Positions 25,212 to 36,546 of a DNA stretch of 64,000 nt are shown here, one piece after another. Every line of letters begins with the position of its first letter. The first letter of the stretch is position 1. Source of the stretch: Paraphysomonas bandaiensis (lineage: Eukaryota > Protista > Chrysophyceae); NCBI GenBank assembly GCA_965644295.1, contig CBFFRP010000181.1, positions 195,214-259,213 of the forward strand, in the 5' to 3' direction. A model generated the notes under the pieces. The model had not been told where the DNA came from. It did no database searches and saw only the letters and a program-made list of their open reading frames with translations. The translations under genes were made by a program, and so were the position numbers.

Positions 25212-28200
25212 ATGTTACGTGAGATAGGTACAGATACAGTCTATTCATTACGTTTTCCTGGTAAAACAACAATTGGACGAGCTAAAGATTGTGATATACA
25301 ACCAGAAAGTTCAAGTGTATCAAAAAGACATGCTGAACTTGATCTGATAGAAGATGGACATGGATATCTAAAGGAGGTGTGGATAGAGGATCTTGGATCA
25401 AGGAATGGTGTATATACAGGCCAGCCTGATAAGTGGAATATAGTGAATAGAAGACGACGAATTCGATATGGAGATTGTCTTAAGTTTGGTCATTCTGCAA
25501 CATATTATATTCTTGAAGATGCAAGTCAAGGAACTCAAACACCTTTACGAACAAGTGCTAATGATACATCGATTTTACAACAACGCTCCCCGCTTAATGT
25601 GTCACCAGATCCTGGCTTTGTTCATCCATATGCTAATGGAGGTCAGAATTTAGTGGATAGCAAAACTGATATGCCGACAAGTGAAACGGTACCTCAACAG
25701 GATGCTGCTCTGGGGGATAGTATGAAGGCGTCGACAGGTACCTATCAAGCATGTGGCACTTAGGGTAATGTTTTGAGCAGATAGCCTGCGAGTCAGTGGG
25801 GGGAAGCAGAGTCCAATACAGCCGGAAGCGGCCATTAGAAGAGCTCGTACATCAGGTATAAGAGCGTGTGAGGTTGTAGATTTTGGTGCTCAGTGGTTTT
25901 ACACAGACGATGCGCTGGGGTCATCCGGATCACCACTGTTCGGTGAGTGGTTGGATGGATTTCCTGGTGTGCAAGGAGATCAAAGTCAGCCACTGCATCC
26001 CCCCAAGCTCTCCGCATCCCTGCAGTCGTATCGCCTTCAGGGAAACCGGTCGAGTGCGACACGTATGACTGGCCGTCCTGCCTCGGCCTCTGCCCAGTTA
26101 CCTCCGTATCGCACATCGAGATCAGTCTCTCCACTCTCTGGGGAGGAGCGGCGGGCGGTTGAGCGATCACGTGAGCAGCTGAGTGACGGCGTACGCATGG
26201 CTAACAAAGCGCTGGGAGGTGTGATCGAGTTTGACGACTGGAAAAAGTATGCCTCACGTATTCTATCCAATGTGAATAGTACGGAGGAGTCTTTAGAGCA
26301 AACGGTTAGCATTGTTGCATGTATCCTACATCCTTCCCCGCATCACCTTGTATATGTATGTCATAGAAACCTCGCGAGTCCGTTGACATTGACGATACTC
26401 GCATCCGGTCCCTAATGACAGCAGAAGTAATCGATGCTTGTCGAGCCGAAAAGCACAGAGAACCTCGAGACACTGCTGGAGGGGCTTTGCTGAAAGTGGA
26501 GACTAATCTGAACTTCCTCCTAGAGTACGATATTTCTTTATCCTCAGGAAATTCAAGGGGAATTCCTAGCAATCCACGAAGTGACGTCAAATTCGACGGT
26601 GTACTGTTCAATGGTGTGCTAAAAAATTGTGTTGGACTCCTCGAAAGTAAAGTATCAGGTAGTGCTGTTGTTCAGGCTGTCGACAGAGCCTCCAAAGCTG
26701 CAGCTCTGAAGGTGTCTGCTTCCCCTTCGAGACGACAGGCCGAATCTCCAAGTATTGAAGACAAAGTGAAAAAAATTATCATTCCAAAGCTACAAGGGCT
26801 TGTAACTTTTAATGAGAGTATGGGTTCGGGGACTTCGGTAGAGTCGGTGCTCAACAGCGAACAGATAGAAAATGTGAACCGTCATATTATATTGAATGTA
26901 CTTCAGGATGTACTGCCAATGCTCAGAACTCTCTCTGAGGTACGCAATAGAGCTACTGGTGAACGGAGACTTGTTCCGTCGTCCCACCGAGGAGCCACTG
27001 TATCTGGATCTGATGGAGGTGTAAGTGCACTGGAACCAGGCTCCTCATTAGACAACATGAGTGCACGCCTTAGTGCTGATGGGGAGTTGCGTATATCGTC
27101 GGATCCACCTTCTCCATCTAGAAGCATATGGGACAAGCTCGGTATATCTAGTGTGGAACCGTCAAGAAAGATAGAGAACAAAAAGCCTTCTTGGAGTCAT
27201 GATGCAACACTAACTTCAGGAGCAGTAGATTCACCAAGAAAGAACTGGAGTAATGCAGAACACGCCAGCAAAATTGAGGCTGCAAGGGGTTTATTCCGGG
27301 GTGTGAGACGTATGTATGCTCGCCTAATGGCAAAAAAGTTTCATCGATGGATCGTCCACATAGAGACCAAACGGGCGGCACAGGGAGTGGTATCAGGCCT
27401 AATGCCTGGCGGGCACGATTTGGAGAATGACCTTTCCCACTCAAGCGATTCTGTGGCGTCTGTGGTTGCCCAAAGAGAAGAGGAGCTTCAGCAACTGCGT
27501 TCGGAGAAAGAGCGTATTGAAGAGGAAAAGGTGCATAAAGAGGGAGAGCTAGTGTCAGAGATCAACAATCTGCTTCGACGCAACACTCTGTTGCAGGAGA
27601 AGGGGTTTGAGGATGTCACACTTGCCAAGAAGAAACTTGTCATTTTGAAGTGGGTTGCAGCCTATGAAGTACACATTTGCTAACTTAACTGTAGGCTTTT
27701 CTTTACGCATGGACAACATATGGAGCAGAAAAAGCGCTCATATTTTAGCAGGTGGCACCGAAACGCAAACCAGTTTCAGCAAGTCAAGTCGGCATTGAGT
27801 TCTCGTAGAAAGCAGCTGATGAGGTATGAGTTGTGTGGGACAGATATCTGTCTGAGTATTCCTTTTCGATATCATTTCCTCAATTATGCCATAATGACTG
27901 TTTTTATGAAGAGTATTGCGTCTGCAAACAACCGGAAGCCTGGCCCGTCGACTGATGAATCGTGCGTTTCGTACGTGGGAGCGCAATTGCCTGCGCATAT
28001 ATGAGGCGGTCCTCCGAGACGCCACGCAGGAAGGGGATATACGCGCACTCAAGTCACGGATCTTGGAGCTCCAAGAGGAACTACATGTCATCAGTAGTTC
28101 TGATTCTGCTGCTTCTGGTCTACTTGCTGAGAGGGCACTCAACAGGTATTTCTGTTTTTTTCCTTGTAGACATGTAACTTTCTGATATGTGTATAGAGAG

Positions 28201-28852
28201 GTAACTGCTGTGAATATTGATCTGGAGCAGCGGTTGTCTGATATCCAGATGCGTTTGCTGGAGGTTGCGGGTGTGCCCCCGTCAGAACGTAAGCAAATTG
28301 TACGTGAGGTGCTGCTCGATCGAGAGAATGAAGTCAGAAAGGCTCGAAAAGAGATCCGCACTCTCAAGGAGCAAGTTGCTCGGTTGGAACTCTCTTTGAA
28401 AAGCCCATCCTCAAAGGGTATAAAGGGGAAGAAGGGGCGCGAAAATAAACCAGAATCTGATTACCATTTAGAGAGAAGCCATGGTCATGATAGAGATGAA
28501 TTCAATTTAAGTAAGACGGAGGCAATGAAAATAGTAGCCAGGGAGCTTCGTAACCTTCAGCGGCAGTGCGCAGAGCTGGAAGATGATAAAATTAGACTAG
28601 GACACCAGGTAAGATATATCTTCTGGAAATTTGACCGACTATCACCGTTCTAATCGTAATCGTGTTCAGTTGTATGAAGAGACAGCGCGATACCAACAAC
28701 AATCAATGTCTTTTCGACTTTTGCAACAACGACTGATGGAGAAAGAGCGAAAGTATGAAGCGCTTCACGCATCCTTAATAAAGCGCTTTGGAGAACAAGA
28801 GGCCCTTCGTTTGGTGGACAGTATGGAGATAAATGGGCGTAATCAAATTTGA
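25212..28852 (+). CDS. FHA-domain protein with long low-complexity and coiled-coil C-terminus, multi-exon
   Basis: TTIGRAKDCDI..SSVSKRHA..IEDLGSRNGVY..YGDCLKFG (FHA); successive + ORFs separated by GT-AG introns. Confidence 0.8.
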
Positions 28853-29290
28853 AATCACGTGTTGTGTAGTGCAGCCATTACCCCGTGGAGTAGTGTGTTT
28901 ATCTGGCGTGTATTTGTTTTGTGCGTTGTTATCATATTTGATGGTGTACAGAAACCGAGTATTCTTATGTTAAATGAAGCCAGTATTTTTATCAGTATTT
29001 AGAACAGTGTTGTAGATCCGTCAGTCAACTGGTCGTAGCTTAAATGGCAAAAGACGAAAACATATGCGGTCATTGATATATGCAATATATAGATATATAT
29101 TGTAAAACCATCATGTTTTCACAAAATATGCCATACAAAAACACTTGTACAACATGCTGCAGTATCACAACTAATATGCAATCAAATATACATCCAGTGA
29201 AAGTCGTAGTTGCCATATGATACGACGATAAGAAGGTAGATGTTGTTGAGTTATTATTGCTTGTGAGCAATTTTCAAGGCATTTAAAATT

Positions 29291-29555
29291 TATTAGGATT
29301 CAGCTTAATACATGATTGTATCTGTGAGTTATAATATTCAATGAAATATACCATGAACTGAATTAGAGAGAGTATCTGTCGAAGATACGTGATCGTCATC
29401 ATAACGTCGTCATTATCAGTTACACTTCTAACTATTCCGTTGTGCATGATAGTACGTTCTATATTGTTATTCATAATTTTCACTCTATCGTGTTCATTAC
29501 TTACACTCTAATAATCACAACATTGTTTTACTATTATAAAGATCAATTCTTTATT
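29291..29555 (+). repeat. Copia 5' LTR
   Basis: Identical by eye to 34760-35024; followed directly by TGG of the PBS. Confidence 0.95.
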
Positions 29556-29565
29556 TGGTAGCGAG

Positions 29566-31554
29566 ATGTCAGTTCAAGTTACAAGTTACGACTCAACCGA
29601 CTCGGATTCGACAACCGACAAGCGAAAGGACTCAATGCCAAAATTCGATGCGAAGAACTTCTCCAGGTGGCAGAAGAAGTGCCGTGCATGGTTCTATCGC
29701 AAGCCTAAGATCGTTTATACTCTACAGAACGATCACCCAATTGAGCCTGAAGCAGGAGAAAACTCAGATGACGAGGACTACCAGTATCGACTCGAACAGT
29801 ATCAGGATGCGAAACGATATTATGATGAAGGTAATAACTACCTATGGTCAGTCATTGCAAGCTCTATCATTGGTCAGAATGAAGAGGCTGAAGGGATTTT
29901 GGAGAACGTCCCCGATGGAGACGGTAAAACCGCCTGGACGGACTTGCTCAACCACTTCAAAGAAAAAACGACTAACGATGTAATCACCGATCTGATTGGC
30001 CAGTTTCAGAGCATAAAAATCAAAAAAGGTCAGTCGATAATCAACTTTCTTGACGCTGTCGAAAAGCTCCGAAACAAGCTGATTAATTATGGTCATCGGA
30101 TAAGTGACCAAGATCTCATATCACGCATTCGACAAGGCCTGGTATCCAAAGAAAATATGACGTATCGTGAACTGGCGATCAACCTGCAGATGCACCCTAT
30201 CGATGACTACAAAACACTCATACGCAGACTACGCGGATTAGGAAGCTCGTCTGTTGGAATGCTCTTGTCAAGCAACGAAGAATCAAAAACCGACAGTATT
30301 CAGCTTGCAGCCTCAAAACCCCCATTTTCCCGAAATAAAGTGAATTCTAAACGCAAAAAGGGGACATCTTTCAGAAACCGTTCCAATAAACCGAAACATG
30401 ACAAGAGAGCTGACAAGGACATTAAGTGTTTCCGATGCGATGGAAAAGGACACATCGCTTCAGAATGCAAACACTCATGGGAAAGGATCCAACAAATGAA
30501 GAGTTCCTCTGGAAACAAATCAACCAGTAGGAAATTCAAAAAAGTTAGATTCCAGACCCACCAGAGCACTGAAAACGACGAATCCGACCAGTTTGCAGAT
30601 TATGAAGACAGTGGTCCACTACAACAGAAAGGACGAGACTTCGGAGGAGTCGGATATCCAACAAACGACGAAACAAACTTCGTTTTTGATCAAGAAGCCG
30701 GAATGGGAACCCTTGATTCTGGCTGCACAGTCTCCATTACACCTGAAGCCGGATACATCACCAATTATGAGGAATGCCTCACCGACATTCAAACAGCTAA
30801 GTCAGGATCGACTATGACCTCTTCAGGACATGGAAGACTTGGTATTATCCCCAAGTGCAAGCACGTGGACCATGCTTCAAGGACACTCGTGTCCATCAGC
30901 CAATTAGATGACCTAGGGTATAAAATCTTGTTCGGAAACCAATCAGTTGAGATATATAAAGATGAAATACTGCTATCAAAGGGTAAGAGAGTTGGAGGCC
31001 TATATGAAATTCCGTTAACAGACCTCGGTACTCCTATTGACGTATCCCACCTTGCTTCAACTGCTTCAGGCCCACTCGCAACTCTAGCACATAAGAGATT
31101 GGCACATTCTTCAATTGGACTCATACAGAAAGCTGTACAGTCAAAATTAGTAACGGGTATTAAGTTAACGAAGTCGGAGATGAATGCTACTTCTTTACCG
31201 GGTGGCCTATGTGATGGTTGTGCTAGTGGTAAATCTCATCGCCGAAAACATAGACACGCTATCAGACAAATGCTGCTCAAGCGTGTAAGAAGAGCAAATG
31301 AGCTGGGGGAGCTAGTAGTAGCCGATTTTTCTGGACCCCATGCACCAGAGGCAATCATTACTGGCAACCGTTACATACTCGGGATGACAGATGTAGCTTC
31401 CAGACACCAATGGGACTCCTACGGACCAACGAGAGATGAAGATTTCGTCATCCAATCCATCCAGAAAGTTGTCATGTATCTACATAGTAAAGGCAAACGA
31501 CTACAACATTATCATGCGGATGGGGGAAGGAGCTGGTATCAAGAAAAGTTCTAG
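29566..31554 (+). CDS. Copia Gag-protease-integrase N-part (ends after a frameshift near 31522-31527)
   Basis: Zinc knuckle CFRCDGKGHIASEC, protease LDSGCT, HKRLAH..CDGC, integrase VVADFSGP..YHADGG. Confidence 0.93.
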   Translation: MSVQVTSYDSTDSDSTTDKRKDSMPKFDAKNFSRWQKKCRAWFYRKPKIVYTLQNDHPIEPEAGENSDDEDYQYRLEQYQDAKRYYDEGNNYLWSVIASSIIGQNEEAEGILENVPDGDGKTAWTDLLNHFKEKTTNDVITDLIGQFQSIKIKKGQSIINFLDAVEKLRNKLINYGHRISDQDLISRIRQGLVSKENMTYRELAINLQMHPIDDYKTLIRRLRGLGSSSVGMLLSSNEESKTDSIQLAASKPPFSRNKVNSKRKKGTSFRNRSNKPKHDKRADKDIKCFRCDGKGHIASECKHSWERIQQMKSSSGNKSTSRKFKKVRFQTHQSTENDESDQFADYEDSGPLQQKGRDFGGVGYPTNDETNFVFDQEAGMGTLDSGCTVSITPEAGYITNYEECLTDIQTAKSGSTMTSSGHGRLGIIPKCKHVDHASRTLVSISQLDDLGYKILFGNQSVEIYKDEILLSKGKRVGGLYEIPLTDLGTPIDVSHLASTASGPLATLAHKRLAHSSIGLIQKAVQSKLVTGIKLTKSEMNATSLPGGLCDGCASGKSHRRKHRHAIRQMLLKRVRRANELGELVVADFSGPHAPEAIITGNRYILGMTDVASRHQWDSYGPTRDEDFVIQSIQKVVMYLHSKGKRLQHYHADGGRSWYQEKF

Positions 31555-34500
31555 AGTATCTTCAATCAATAGGGGCTACATGGACTTTCAACTCCCCGTA
31601 TACCCCCGAGGATAACCCATTCCAAGAGCGATCATGGCGGACAACTAAAGAACGAGCACTCAGCAGCCTTATCGACTCTGGACTCCCACCGAATTTCTGG
31701 GAACAAGCCTCAAAGGCGACAATACACATCAAGAACAGGTTACCGTGTCAAACAGCTAAAGGATTTATGTCTCCACTTCAGTTTATCGAAAACGAAATAC
31801 CAGACTTGAGTTATGCCAGAATATGGGGATGTAAATGCTTTGTGAATATCGATTCCAGTCTCCGAAAGAACAATTGGGACAGACATAGCTGGCCTGGGTA
31901 TTTTATGGGCTATCGAGAGGATGGTCCTGGATATATAGTCTTCGTTCCCGCATTAAGAGACTTTGTTATATCAGGACATGTATTTTTCAACGAATGTGTT
32001 CCACCAGCGGATAAGAGATATTTTAAGGAGATAAATGAGATCTTCAGAGAGAATGAGACCTCCAGGACAGTAGAAAGTTTCAAATATCTCATAGGTCTAG
32101 CTCATGTAGATCCAGACGATGGATTAACATATGTAACGACTCAAATAAAGCTCAGAAAAGGATTAATCGCAGCGTATCGTGGTCTAGTGGACGACAGCGG
32201 TGACAAGACACGACTCATCCAGCTCGAAGACCCCATTCATGCTGCAGACGTCGAAAAGTATACTGAAGACTACATTGAACTCAAAGCAGTTGGTCTCAAA
32301 TGTAATACTTCTCGATCGAAAAATCCAATACATAAATCCAGCAAATCAGATCGAGACCCCGATACAGTTAATGGATCTCCAGCGCCAGACGCTACTTCCA
32401 GGGGGAGTGGCGTGAATCTAAGACATCATGATGCCGCGCAGGAGAGAATCAGCAGCCATCGGTGTGAACCTACCCACTCCGATGCAAAGATAGCGAAGAC
32501 TCGCCCTCCGAAAAAATTCAATGGGAATCTAGTGCCGAATCCGGCACCACACGGTCAAGTGGATCGTGTGCGTCAGCGTGTGGCCAAACGCTGCAACAAG
32601 CCTGCTGATTCATCGGGAGATTGGGAAAATCAGGATACACCTGAAGGGCCAAGTAAGGTCCGTGCTACAGCAAAACAACAATTTTTAGCTGGTAAAAAGA
32701 GTGTTCTCCGAAGCAAGAGAATGGCCAGGAAACGGGTAATTGTAAATATACATAAACTTGGTGATGGTGTATATACATGTGATGTAAATGCCAAACATGT
32801 AGTAAATCATATGGCACATGACACACAATGTATATCAAAATTACATACAAACAATATTGATATTGTTATGCATGCTATCAGTAATTGCGATGACATTGAC
32901 GAGCTAACCGATACACCAAAGAGTGTTCAAGATGCTATTTCAGGTAAATATAAACAGCAGTGGATCGATGCTATCAATAGAGAAATATCCACTCTTCAGA
33001 GGAAAGGGTGCTGGAGATACACTGCGTTACCACCTGGAGCAAGAGCCATAAAGGGGAAACTCATATTCAAAATAAAAAGAAAACAGAATGATATCAAATT
33101 CAAGGCTCGACTAGTCGCACAGGGTTTTACTCAAATCCAAGGCATCGATTACAATGATACATACAGCCCCGTCGCGAAGGCTACATCACTACGTACAATT
33201 ATTGCCCTTTCGACTATTATGAAACTCAAATTGCACCAAATCGATTTCACAACTGCGTACATCAATGCTGACCTCGAAGAGGACATATACATGCATCCCC
33301 CTCCTGGCATGGACGTCCCTGACGGAAAAGTCCTCAAACTGATGAAAAGCATCTATGGTCTAAAGCAAGCAGGTCTTAACTGGTATAAGTGCTGTACAAA
33401 TTTTATGCTAGATATGGGTTTCACCAGACTAATATCTGACCCGTGTATATTCAAAAAGCAGATTAATGGCAGGATTATGCTAATAGCCATGTATGTGGAC
33501 GATATTATTATAGCATCCACATCCGACACTGATATCCAACAATTCAAAAACCATTTATCCAAAAAGTTCGAAATTACGGATCTCGGACTCCTAGATTATT
33601 ACTTGGGCATCTCCATTCATCAAGATTTTGACAAAAATATCACAACTCTCAGTCAGGAGCAATATGTCAGAAAACTACTGGACAAATTCAACATGTCCGA
33701 CAGTAAACCCATGTCAACACCTATGTTACTGTCTTTCAACTATGATTTACATGAATACAATCATCTTTCAGAGTCAAATCAAAGTTATGTTCAGAATTTC
33801 CCCTACAAGGAGCTCATAGGTTCCCTGATGTATCTAGCTGTATGCACTCGACCGGATATCGCCTATGCAGTCAATACTCTTGCCAGATTTTCTGATATGC
33901 CTAATCTAACTACCTGTAATGCTGCGTTACATGTTCTTAGGTATCTCAAAGGCACTGCTAAGCAAGGATTGATATATTCTGGATCCCACATAACATTATC
34001 AGGATACTGCGATAGCGATTGGGCACGGTGTCACCTCACTCGACGGTCCACTACAGCTTTTACATTCTTCATAGGTAATTGTCTTATATCATGGCAATCT
34101 CGATTACAGACAACTGTGGCATTGTCATCTACTGAAGCTGAGTATATGGCCTTATCGTCAGCAGCTCAGGAAGCATTATGGCTACGCTCTTTATTATCAG
34201 AAATTGGTTTCAAACTTCCATTCTCAACAACTATTTGGTGCGATAATAAAGGGGCAGTCCAATTATGCTACAATCCTACTCATCATCGTCGTACGAAACA
34301 TATTGCGATACGGTATCATTTCATTCGAGAAAATATTGCCGAAAACCAATTGACTGTTGACCATATTCCCACCACGTCAATGTTAGCCGATCTTCTCACG
34401 AAACCACTAGGAGCCACTAATTTTCTTCAATTGCGAACTACATTGATGGGGGGAGCTGGGTTCGACATCCCATCCAGCAACAACAGAAAGCGATCAACAA

Positions 34501-34559
34501 TATCAGAGACACCTAAATCACAATTAACAAGCCACAAGCGACCTAGGTGGCTAGTTTGA
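31528..34559 (+). CDS. Copia integrase C-part, reverse transcriptase and RNase H
   Basis: Frame is open upstream of ATG 31767 (KELVSRKV..SPYTPEDNPFQERSWRT); RT motifs KARLVAQGF, QIDFTTAY, SIYGLKQAG, MYVDD; RNase H YCDSDWA, SSTEAEY, LADLLTK. Confidence 0.95.
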
Positions 34560-34759
34560 GTTACACGGAGTTTTTACCATTTTTTTTTACTTTTATTCAA
34601 TACATCATGCTGGACTAGAAGGATAGTCTCACAATACAGCATCTCTGCAGTTCGCTTGTTATTGGATAGTGACTGCTACTCTGGTTTTTACTCTCAGTGT
34701 GCACAAGTTCATATTCTCTCTATTATTTACGGTTCACTGATTATTTCATTGAGGGGGCG

Positions 34760-35024
34760 TATTAGGATTCAGCTTAATACATGATTGTATCTGTGAGTTA
34801 TAATATTCAATGAAATATACCATGAACTGAATTAGAGAGAGTATCTGTCGAAGATACGTGATCGTCATCATAACGTCGTCATTATCAGTTACACTTCTAA
34901 CTATTCCGTTGTGCATGATAGTACGTTCTATATTGTTATTCATAATTTTCACTCTATCGTGTTCATTACTTACACTCTAATAATCACAACATTGTTTTAC
35001 TATTATAAAGATCAATTCTTTATT
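34760..35024 (+). repeat. Copia 3' LTR
   Basis: Follows the PPT; identical to the 5' LTR. Confidence 0.95.
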
Positions 35025-35772
35025 AAATTTAAATTAGGACTACTTTGTGGCTAATAGCTAACTATGGGAAAGTCTAGTTCAGCTATGTCATTTTGTAGCA
35101 CTGGAAAAATAAAATATAACTTGCTATACAGTATACAGGATATCAGTAGAGTAGTATAAATTGAAGAAAGAGTCTAAAAATAAAATTCGCCTATCTAGTA
35201 TAATAGCAATTACTCAAGAGGATCAAAAAATTATAATATGCTACATAGCTACAAGCATTAGGTTCTTTAAATAGACATAGTAAAATGTACAAATCGTATA
35301 AATAGTGTTTAGATTTCTTTAAATATATTAAACTGCTTAATATTTACTACCTGGCATGCGTTTAACTTCACCTAGCAGATATTAATGAACTCTAAGCTTA
35401 ATTTTATTCGTAATTTTGAACTTGTGTAACGATTCTGATATACGTCTGATGTAACGACTGGAAAATGTGCATGCATTGTAGGTAGAATAATGAAAGATAT
35501 GCCATACTGTGGTAGTTTAGTAATGATTAAGGAGAAAATTTGATTGAGAAGTATACGGTGGTGTATCTGTGTATACGTCTACAGCTCGTGTGGTACACGT
35601 GCATAAGTACGTGTCTGTTACATGACCACTAACTGCAGCATTCCACAAAATTAGTTATAAAATTTACCAATAAAACTTCCATTACGGAACAATAATAATT
35701 AAATTCAATATCAATAGACTAACACAGTTGCGTATCAAATGTCGTAAAAGATAAAGAAAAAATTCAAAAATG

Positions 35773-36546
35773 CTAACACTTATCATTGCGACGTAAGAGT
35801 GATCGCCTCATGTAAAATATTGCTACCAACAATAGTGCACTCACTACTAAAATCGTAGTACAAGTTGTTTTCAGACCAGAGTATTCATTTACGGCTGATA
35901 TTGGCGTGCTCATTATACTTAGGAGCTTTCTGCTGGACTCAACTGATGGAGTATCTGAGACAGAGGCACGCAGATAACGATGGTGTTCAACAGATTGGTA
36001 CTCGTTGTTGCCATCATCATAGTACCGACCATAGTAGTATTCGTCATCGTAGTAATAATCATCGTAGTAATACCAGTCATCATCGTACCAATCATCGTAA
36101 TAGTACTCACCATCATACTCATCATCATAGTAGTAATACATATCATCATAATACGAGTACGTGTCATAATAGTACATATCATCGTCATCATCATCATAGT
36201 AGTACGTATCATCATCATAATAATACATATCATCATAATATGAGTACGTGTCATAGTAGTATGTATCATCATAGTAGTACATATCATCATAGTATCTATC
36301 GTCATCATAGTAGTATGTATCATCGTAGTAGTATGTATCATCATCATTGTATGAGTCTTCTCTGTATTGATCCTTATCATCATATACATAACTGCAATCA
36401 CCTCCTGTATAGTAATAACATCCATCACCTTCATACCCTCCTCTATTACGATTGATCAGATGTTTCCTCATATGATTCCTATCTCTAAGATGATCTCCAT
36501 CACACACCATACACCATATGGCTATTAGATATACGGATAATATCAT
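35773..36546 (-). CDS. Type-I membrane protein with poly-(Tyr/Asp) ectodomain
   Basis: Signal-peptide-like MILSVYLIAIWCMVCDG, ~130-aa YYYDD-type tract, TM segment TILVVSALLLVAIFYM, basic tail RRSLLRRNDKC. Confidence 0.75.
   Translation of the reverse strand: MILSVYLIAIWCMVCDGDHLRDRNHMRKHLINRNRGGYEGDGCYYYTGGDCSYVYDDKDQYREDSYNDDDTYYYDDTYYYDDDRYYDDMYYYDDTYYYDTYSYYDDMYYYDDDTYYYDDDDDDMYYYDTYSYYDDMYYYYDDEYDGEYYYDDWYDDDWYYYDDYYYDDEYYYGRYYDDGNNEYQSVEHHRYLRASVSDTPSVESSRKLLSIMSTPISAVNEYSGLKTTCTTILVVSALLLVAIFYMRRSLLRRNDKC

Larger units (their letters stand above)
29291..35024 (+). mobile_element. Full-length Ty1/Copia LTR retrotransposon
   Basis: Identical 265-bp LTRs, TSD AAATT (29286-29290, 35025-35029), PBS TGGTAGCGAG at 29556, PPT GAGGGGGCG at 34751, domain order Gag-PR-IN-RT-RH. 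Confidence 0.97.

Noticed and set aside
35865-36455. His-rich and Met/Thr/Ile-rich ORFs overlapping the Tyr/Asp gene
   Set aside because: Shadow frames of the TAC/TAT/GAT repeat; only the Y/D frame has both signal and TM segments.
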